This document shows positions 8,005 to 15,200 of a stretch of DNA of 26,306 nucleotides, piece after piece. Origin of the DNA: Thermoplasmatota archaeon (lineage in GTDB: Archaea > Thermoplasmatota > Penumbrarchaeia > Penumbrarchaeales > Penumbrarchaeaceae); NCBI GenBank assembly GCA_029762535.1, contig JARVGK010000041.1, positions 1 through 26,306 of the forward strand. Direction: 5' to 3'. A model generated the notes under the pieces. The model made no database searches and was not told where the DNA came from. It saw only the letters and a program-made list of their open reading frames with translations. How positions within the stretch are numbered: the stretch's first letter is position 1; each line of letters starts with the position of its first letter. The position numbers and the translations under genes are program-made.

Positions 8005-8086
8005 CGCCGGGGGCCGGATTTGAACCGACAAGGGTCGCCCCAACGGTTTTCGAGACCGTCGCCGTACCAGATTGAGCCACCCCGGC
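8005..8086 (-). tRNA. tRNA-Ser (anticodon CGA), no intron, CCA not encoded
   Basis: GCCGGGG/CCCCGGC acceptor, ACGGT-CTCGAAA-ACCGT anticodon arm, variable arm GGG-GCGA-CCC, GTCGG-TTCAAAT-CCGGC T arm, discriminator G; 82 nt. Confidence 0.97.
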
Positions 8087-8122
8087 AAATTACAGATGTT
8101 CAGCTCTGGTCAAAGAAAGGGC

Positions 8123-8137
8123 CCTATAAAGGTTTTC
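8123..8137 (-). promoter_or_regulatory. BRE/TATA promoter of tRNA-Ser
   Basis: Minus strand GAAAACC-TTTATAGG about 37 nt upstream of the tRNA 5' end. Confidence 0.65.
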
Positions 8138-8150
8138 GGTCCTCGAAATC

Positions 8151-8483
8151 TTAAGCATACATAATAACATCATGTTCGTCCCTTAGTATCTTCTCTTTTA
8201 TTCGATCCTTGGAACGGTCCCTATTCTTGTGTTTTACAGGCCTTTTCTGGGTCTGTACCCTGCCAACGAAGGTGAAGTCACGCCTCAAGAGTCTCACATA
8301 GTGCCTGTCCGGCAATCGATCGAGTAGTAGCCATCCCCGGTCCTCCATTCCCTTGAGTAACCTCCTGACCTCCTTGATAGAAAGGCCTGTCATGGTGGCT
8401 ATCTCCTGATCGTCGATCGGGTATCTCTTCAGAAGAACGGATACTATCATTGCCTCCTTCGAACCAGAATCTAGTTGGACCAT
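8151..8483 (-). CDS. Small winged-HTH protein with basic tail and C-terminal M-Y-A (HbYX-like) motif
   Basis: PIDDQEIATMTGLSIKEVRRLLKGMEDRGWL is HTH-like; ATG 8483 lies 1 nt after the trm1 stop with SD GGAGG; ends DEHDVIMYA*. Confidence 0.75.
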   Translation of the reverse strand: MVQLDSGSKEAMIVSVLLKRYPIDDQEIATMTGLSIKEVRRLLKGMEDRGWLLLDRLPDRHYVRLLRRDFTFVGRVQTQKRPVKHKNRDRSKDRIKEKILRDEHDVIMYA

Positions 8484-8484
8484 G

Positions 8485-9654
8485 TCACGGCCTCCATATG
8501 ATGAGCTTGCACACCTTATCCAGATCCGCATCGGTCTTGATGATCTTGTTGCCGAACCTCGACCTTGCCGCCTTGAACCCGGCATCCTTTAGATCACCGA
8601 TCGCTCCATCCATGGCAGGAGGGGACGTTCTCAACCGGGAAGCCGTGACATCCGTATCGTATCCGAAAGGAGGCATCTCCCCCTCCTCGATCGCGAGATC
8701 GAGCATTCTCTTCAAGGTCTTGGAGGAGGTGATCCCGTTGTCCTCTCTCCGCCCGTCCTCTAAGTATCCCCTTATCCTCTTCACTACAGAAACATCCTCA
8801 AGAGGTCCCATCCATACAGGACCCAGTTCGTTCACTGCGCCAGGGATCGTGGACCTCCCCCTATCGGGGGGTGCTGGCGGAGAGTAATGTATAAAGGACA
8901 GGTCATCCAGCATCCTATCTGCTTTCTTTGCCCCGCGATCCACCCTGAAAAAACCCCTGACATAATGGTCCGCGGCGTAGAAAAGAAGCGGTTTGATCGA
9001 CAGACCCAAGGAGGCAGCCGTTCTAGCGAGGTACCCCATCATGATCCGGCAGGACATCTCCTTTGTGAATTCGGTCCTTATCATTCGAATACCATATCTC
9101 CTCAACGTCACCCTTGGGATCGAACCGGAAAGGGCCGCGGTATCGGTCGCGGTGAGCGCGATGACCCCGCAAGGAATGATGGAGCGAAACGCGGATACGA
9201 TATAAGGTACTGGAGATCCGAACGGATCGATGTCGATGAATGAGTATCTGTTTCGATAGAGGTTCTCGTTGATGTCCATTTTAACGAGTTCCACGTCCGC
9301 TAAGTTCGATCTCGTCAAGGAATCGGCTGCCTCGATCGCGTTTCGGTTAGCGTCGCATGCGGATATGGAGAAAGCGTGGTCGCCCCAATCCACCTCCTTG
9401 AACAGTCGGATGGATTTTATTGCGGTACCACAAAGGCCATCGAGCAATCTCAGTCTGTCCCGCCCAGGAAGGGAAACGCTATCGATAAGGAACTGAACGA
9501 TGAGTACCGTGATGTCCCTGTTCAACCGCATTGCGGGGTTGTAGAATACCGACGATCTCCTTCCTGGCCCTTTCTGAGCTCCTGAGGGCTCTATGTTCAA
9601 AACGACGGACCCTTCGATGATAGGGCAATTCAGAGTATCGTTCTCGAAGCTCAT
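8485..9654 (-). CDS. trm1: tRNA (guanine26-N2)-dimethyltransferase
   Basis: VFYNPAMRLNRDIT, LLDGLCGTAIKSIR, IDIDPFGSP, LTATDTAALSG, GPVWMGPL, IKTDA. Start MSFEND (9654). Confidence 0.93.
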   Translation of the reverse strand: MSFENDTLNCPIIEGSVVLNIEPSGAQKGPGRRSSVFYNPAMRLNRDITVLIVQFLIDSVSLPGRDRLRLLDGLCGTAIKSIRLFKEVDWGDHAFSISACDANRNAIEAADSLTRSNLADVELVKMDINENLYRNRYSFIDIDPFGSPVPYIVSAFRSIIPCGVIALTATDTAALSGSIPRVTLRRYGIRMIRTEFTKEMSCRIMMGYLARTAASLGLSIKPLLFYAADHYVRGFFRVDRGAKKADRMLDDLSFIHYSPPAPPDRGRSTIPGAVNELGPVWMGPLEDVSVVKRIRGYLEDGRREDNGITSSKTLKRMLDLAIEEGEMPPFGYDTDVTASRLRTSPPAMDGAIGDLKDAGFKAARSRFGNKIIKTDADLDKVCKLIIWRP

Positions 9655-9665
9655 GGGGTTCCTTA

Positions 9666-9689
9666 AACCCTTACAGATAGTTAAGGGTT
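9666..9689. repeat. 8-bp perfect inverted repeat between tfs and trm1
   Basis: AACCCTTA-CAGATAGT-TAAGGGTT. Confidence 0.6.
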
Positions 9690-9701
9690 GAGAGCGTCGT
9701 T

Positions 9702-10016
9702 TCAGGCGTATTCGCGCCAGGAATGTTTGCATTCGGTGCAGCGATAGAACCTCGTTGTGGCCTCATCCGCGGAGCGGGTCTGTCTCATGTGCCAGTAAGC
9801 TCCTCTGTTCTCGCATTTGGGACAGATGACGTTCTCATCGATCGGCATAGTGTCGAGGTCGGAGAAGACAGGGACCTCGGACAGGTCCTCCTCTAAGGTC
9901 CTAACTTGTTCCGGGGATCTAACCCTTTTTTCGATCTCCTTCTCGTAATCGCATCTTGGACATCTCAGGACCTTGTCAACGGGCCTGAGAAGGGTCTTGC
10001 ATCCTGGACAGAACAT
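9702..10016 (-). CDS. tfs: Transcription factor S (TFS, RpoM/TFIIS-like)
   Basis: MFCPGC..CPRC N-terminal ribbon; CPKC..QTRSADE..FYRCTECKHSWREY with the catalytic DE pair; SD AGGTGG; BRE/TATA AAAAG-TTTTTTAAA near 10057-10070 (minus). Confidence 0.95.
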   Translation of the reverse strand: MFCPGCKTLLRPVDKVLRCPRCDYEKEIEKRVRSPEQVRTLEEDLSEVPVFSDLDTMPIDENVICPKCENRGAYWHMRQTRSADEATTRFYRCTECKHSWREYA

Positions 10017-10228
10017 CTTGGTCCACCTTCGTGATGTAGAGGCCATCACAGGCTCGTTTAAAAAACTTTTGATGATTGTCAAAGAAACCACCTGTGGAAA
10101 CGACCATCACTATGAAGACGATAAATGATATAGCATGGGAGGTTGGATAGAACTTCTGGAAATATCAGTTCTGGCACTCCTGAATAATAAATAGTAGTTA
10201 ACCATTACATTTTTGGAAGGTAGCGAAC

Positions 10229-10426
10229 ATGACCGAGCGAACCATGTATCCTTCATGTCCGATATGTGGATCCGGGATCTTGCTCCCGGTGATACTTGGA
10301 GGAGGTGGCGAAAAGGACGTGAAATACCGTTGCACCAACCCGAACTGCGGTGTGAGGTTCGATAAACATGGGTATGAGAGATACGATAGGGAAAAACAGG
10401 ATTTCGTGAGGATCAAGGAGTTCTGA
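10229..10426 (+). CDS. Small Zn-ribbon protein (65 aa)
   Basis: CPICG...YRCTNPNCG; SD GGAAGGT upstream. Confidence 0.7.
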   Translation: MTERTMYPSCPICGSGILLPVILGGGGEKDVKYRCTNPNCGVRFDKHGYERYDREKQDFVRIKEF

Positions 10427-10427
10427 C

Positions 10428-10667
10428 ATGTTATTTCCGGACCTGGTTCTTGGATCACAGGCGATCGACATCGCCCATGAATTCATACAGATCTCGGATA
10501 AGAGATGTTCTCACTGCCATCGGAAGATAATCGGCAACGTGCATCAACTGGGGAATAGATATTATGATGATTATTGCTGGCAGTTTCGATTCATAAATGA
10601 TAATAGCGATGACAAGACCGATAGGATCAAGGAACACTTGATAGGAAAGAGAACGGACGCATTATGA
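10428..10667 (+). CDS. Small putative treble-clef (TRASH/LIM-like) Zn-finger protein (79 aa)
   Basis: CSHCHRKI..GNRYYDDYCW; starts 1 nt after the previous stop, SD AAGGAG. Confidence 0.6.
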   Translation: MLFPDLVLGSQAIDIAHEFIQISDKRCSHCHRKIIGNVHQLGNRYYDDYCWQFRFINDNSDDKTDRIKEHLIGKRTDAL

Positions 10668-10725
10668 CACTCGACACGGTTTTATACCGAGATGGATTAT
10701 TCTTTGAAACGGTGGAGACGCTCCC

Positions 10726-11295
10726 ATGAAGGTCGCGGTAGAGAACATCGTTGTTCAGCAACGGATCAAGGGGGAGATAGATCCCCCTGATGTACAGAGG
10801 GTCGTGAAAGGATGCAGGTATCAGCCTGAGGTCTTCAAGGGTCTCATATACGAGATGAGCTCGCCCAATTGCGAGATATTCCTTCTTCCCGCAGGGATGA
10901 TAAGGGTCCACGGCGTAACGTCGATACATTTGGCGGATAAGGCCGTCGATGGGTTCATAGGCATTCTTAGATCCAACGGATTCGCAGTGGCGAAGCAGGG
11001 AGGTTTGGATATACTGAACGTGACAGCATCCCACGATATGGTCTGTAAAATGGACCCCTCCAAGATCCTATCAGAGTTCAAGGAGGAGAGGATCGACTAT
11101 GATCCTTCAAAACTTCCTGGATTCTCCCTCAGGATACCATCAACCGGGATCGAGATCCTGATTTTTCCCGAAGGAAAGATCATCTCCACCGGTGCCGCAA
11201 CATTGGAGGATTCGGTCTCATCCCTTGAGATGGTCAGAGCCCGACTATCATCCGCCTGTATCTTTTCAGAGGATGGGGGAAAGAAAGGGGAATGA
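10726..11295 (+). CDS. Divergent TATA-box-binding-protein-fold paralog
   Basis: Two TBP repeats: ENIVV..YQPEVFKGLIY..P..IFLLPAG..HG and LNVTAS..YDPSKLPG..R..LIFPEGKIISTGA; SD GGTGGAG. Confidence 0.85.
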   Translation: MKVAVENIVVQQRIKGEIDPPDVQRVVKGCRYQPEVFKGLIYEMSSPNCEIFLLPAGMIRVHGVTSIHLADKAVDGFIGILRSNGFAVAKQGGLDILNVTASHDMVCKMDPSKILSEFKEERIDYDPSKLPGFSLRIPSTGIEILIFPEGKIISTGAATLEDSVSSLEMVRARLSSACIFSEDGGKKGE

Positions 11296-12158
11296 TAAGA
11301 ATGGGGGACCTTCCCGTACTGGACTCCCACATGCATCTCGATCCTCTTGGGTCTGGAAAGGGAGCGGTCCTTGCTTTCAAAAAGCAAGGTGGGACGCATC
11401 TCATCATAGTTCACAAACCATATCGTTCGGTCGAAGTTCATGATATAGGGTCTTACGAGAGGGCATATTCGATAACCCAAAGGATGGTCAATGAGGCCAG
11501 AGAGGCAGGGGTTATGGCATGGTGCGTCCTCGGACCATATCCGGGAGAGCTGCCCCGGCTCGTGGACCGCATGGGACTTGAAAAGGCTGTGGCCCTTCAA
11601 AAACAAGCGATGGAAATGGCCGCTTCTTTGGTAGGAAACGGCGTGGTCATAGGATTGGGGGAGATCGGAAGGGTACATTATCCAACCGATGAAGGGATCT
11701 TAAAATCGTGTGATGAGATATTATCTGAAGGTATGGAACTCTGCGCGGAGGTCGGCTGTTTCGCGGTCCTTCATACGGAATCACCGAAGGATAATCCGTC
11801 CCTAATGTCACATCTTTCAGACATGTGCTCTAACGCAGGACTTCCAAAGCACAGGGCGGTAAAGCATTATTCCCAGGGCGCTCTCCTGGACCCAGTTCTT
11901 AACCAGGGTCTGACGCCGTCCATCCTGGCGACCAGGCCTAACCTCAAAGAGGCCATCGATATCGGCGTCCCTTTTCTCATGGAAACCGATTTCATAGACG
12001 ATCCCTCCCGCCCGGATGCGGTACTTCCACCCGATACGGTTCCAAAGCGTATGAGATGGTTGATAAACCTCGGAAGCATGGACGAGGATATGCATTGCAG
12101 GATGATGATAGATCTACCAAAGAAGGTAATGGGAGTTGACCTCGAAAATGACCGTTGA
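11292..12158 (+). CDS. Archaeal TatD-family (amidohydrolase TIM-barrel) metal-dependent hydrolase
   Basis: DSHMHLD, GLGEIGRVH, VLHTE, VKHY, FLMETDFIDDPSRP; ATGA overlap with the upstream TBP-like gene. Confidence 0.9.
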   Translation: MIRMGDLPVLDSHMHLDPLGSGKGAVLAFKKQGGTHLIIVHKPYRSVEVHDIGSYERAYSITQRMVNEAREAGVMAWCVLGPYPGELPRLVDRMGLEKAVALQKQAMEMAASLVGNGVVIGLGEIGRVHYPTDEGILKSCDEILSEGMELCAEVGCFAVLHTESPKDNPSLMSHLSDMCSNAGLPKHRAVKHYSQGALLDPVLNQGLTPSILATRPNLKEAIDIGVPFLMETDFIDDPSRPDAVLPPDTVPKRMRWLINLGSMDEDMHCRMMIDLPKKVMGVDLENDR

Positions 12159-12278
12159 AGGGAAGTTGCCGTCCATGGTGCGGGGGCGTAGGGCCAGTCT
12201 AGGTAAAGATTATATACGTTCTCTCTCTTTTGAAGAGAGCATACTTGATGTCAGAAGGTCTCTTGCAGGGGAATTGTC

Positions 12279-15200
12279 ATGAAAGTTGAAGGTTTGTACA
12301 TGAGCAGTAAAGGGGCTTTGATGAGAAGGACGCTGATCCTATCGGTCGTAATGTTACTATGTTCCGTGCCTTTGATGGCCACTGGGAGCAAGGAGGACCT
12401 ACTCGTCATAGATATACACACTGGAACATCCAGCAATTCCAAGCTGGGGTGGAACATCACGAACGTGGGTGACCTGCTGGGAGACGGTTACGATGATTAT
12501 GCGATAGGTGCCCCTGGAATAAACAAGGTTTACATCTGGAACGATTGGATACCCGCTGGATTCACCACCGCTACCGGCGCTCAGACCAGTCCGGACTGGA
12601 TAATTACTGGAAGCTCAGGGTCAGATTTCGGCTGGTCGATATCCGGACTCGGGGACTATGACGGAGATGGTAATGGCGATCTGATAATTGGCGCACCTGG
12701 TGAGAACAGGGCCTACATATTCAAAGGCAGGTCGGCTTCGACGGCCCTGACCCACAACGATGCGTCCATAAGCATAAATGGCCGGGCCGGAGAGGATTTC
12801 GGCCAGAGCGTTGCTGGATTGGAATTCGAAGGACCAGGTTATGTCTTCGCCGCCGTAGGGGCCCCGGATAACGACCATATCGTCGAGACCTCGGGCAATC
12901 AGAACCTCTCGACGGGTGCGATCTTCGTATATAACCTGACCTATCTACACTCTCAGGGAACTACGAGCCTGCCTTGGCATCATACGATGGAAAGCAATGG
13001 TTTCATAATAAAGGGCGACGGGAACAATTCGAGGTTCGGCCACGTTGTCGCAAATATCGGAGATATCAACCTGGATGGAAGGGACGACCTGGGTATCGGA
13101 GACCCGTTCCAGATCGAATCGGATGCGACCAACAACGGTGCCTTCTTTATCCAGTATGGAAAATCCCTGCAGAACCAGCTACCCGAATTTCTGGCTCCGA
13201 CATGTGATGGCGTCATATACGGAAGGAACAACTCGTATTTCGGATGGTCCACGGCAAGGATCTTTGACGTATTGGGAACGTCCGATGACGATCTGTTGAT
13301 AGGCGCGCCGCTCGAGGGTCCCGGACACGCTTATATTTTCATGGGCTCTTCGGTGGCCTTCAATGTAAGGATGTACCGGGGTGATCCGGCGGATGTCGAA
13401 TATGTTGGGATCAACAATCACGACAGGTTCGGATGGTCGCTCTGCAGAGCGGATATCATATCTCAATTCGCGCAGCCACAGCTGTTCTTCGGATCGCCCG
13501 GTTATGACAATGGCACTTCATCGAACAGCGGCGCCGTCTTCGGATTCTACGGGGTCACCCCTGCTACATATCTTGCCCAGAATTCGGATACTAGCTATGT
13601 GGGTGGATCCCAGGGGATAAATCTGGGTTATTCCGTATCAGAGGTGAAATATGAATCGAACCAGTCCAGACTGGCCTCTTCCGCACCATATCACGGGAGC
13701 AACGACGTAGGACGGATCTACATCCTCGAGAGGAACAAACTTCCTGAGATCGGCACAATAACGGTATTCCCCAGCTCAGGCAACCAGGATACGGTATTCG
13801 ATATCACTGTGATATACAAGGACGACGACAACGATCCCGCATCGTTCGTCGAGGTTACCATATACAATGATAGCGCCGGTATGAATCCGATACTGACACT
13901 CAATCTGAACAAGACGGAGGGCGATCCCGAATCCGGGGAACAATATTTGGTCCAGACGAAGCTGCCGAATTCCATCCACCCTGCCGACAGGTCCGCGAGA
14001 CTGTACATGGATGCAAGGGCAAAGGCCGTGAGGGGGTCAGTATCAACCGTGAAAAGCCAGTCTATCAGACCGGGACCCATCGTAGACGGGATAGCACCCT
14101 CCGCTCCCGAGAACGTCTACACCTCCTATGGAGGCCTCGTAGAGAGTCAGAGAGAGGAAGGGACGTTCTATGTCAACTGGGAATGGCCTGATGAGGATGG
14201 AGGATTCCCCCTGCCCTCGAATCCTGGAATTGGGACCGTTTCATCGCTTTTGATCAAGATACAGGAGAACGACCCCATAACCGAATCCAACTGGGACGAT
14301 GCGATCCTTTACAGGGAGATACGCTCCAACATACCGGATCGACCTCTCGCTAGGGATTCCACGGTCATAGGATCGCTCGATCCCCTAACGAACCCGAACG
14401 GTATACGGCTGGAGAGGAGGAACAGGACCGTTCAAACGCCACGGCTATACCATGTGGCGATAAGGGGAGTCGATGATGTGGGCAATATGGGGCAGATATC
14501 GGAATCGGTGAGCTATGAGCCCTGGTGGAAGAGGCCCTTGGTGCCCAATCCGCTCGACGAGCCGACCCTTTCGGACCATCCTGGCGATGACGGAGGACAA
14601 CTCCTGGTGTTCTGGGGTGGTTCGACGATGCTCGACACAGAATATTACTGGGTTTTCATTGATGAAGAACCATTCGAGACCATAGAAATTTCGAACGGTG
14701 TTTACAGAACCCCCGATTTCAATGTGACCCGGGACAATGATATCTTCTATGACTCATACAATTTTTCAAAGGGTCTGGTGATCGATACCTGGTCTGGCGG
14801 CCCCATCATCGACGGTCGATCCTACTACGCCGCCGTCGTTCCGGTCAACTGGCTCGGACAATTCGATCCGTTGGTCGTGCCATCACTACCGGCCAAGGTC
14901 ATCAACGATAACGAAACCGCCATCGCAACCATCAAGGACCTCACTTGGGAATCCACGGCGGGTCCGGCTGAGATATCCATTACTTTGTATTGGACCCCCT
15001 CAAAGGACCCGAAGTTCACTTCGTACAAGATCTACGGACAGAGCTATTCCTTCGAGGATCTGGATAATGCCATCCTTATCGCGACCATAACGAACAGGGC
15101 CAACAGCAGTTACAGGGTCACAAGGATGGCCGGCGATGATCTGGAGCAGGGCAAGCAATACGGATTTGCGATACTGGTCGAGGATTACAACGACCATATC

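Noticed and set aside
7879-8088. ORFs of 69 and 62 aa over the tRNA-Ser locus
   Set aside because: They overlap a well-formed tRNA and have no protein-like features.
8800-8900. Trm1 lacks the Cys4 Zn finger seen in many homologs
   Set aside because: The Zn finger is variably present in the family; not distinctive.
13376-13384. RGD tripeptide inside the FG-GAP propeller
   Set aside because: Expected by chance in a 1541-aa protein.
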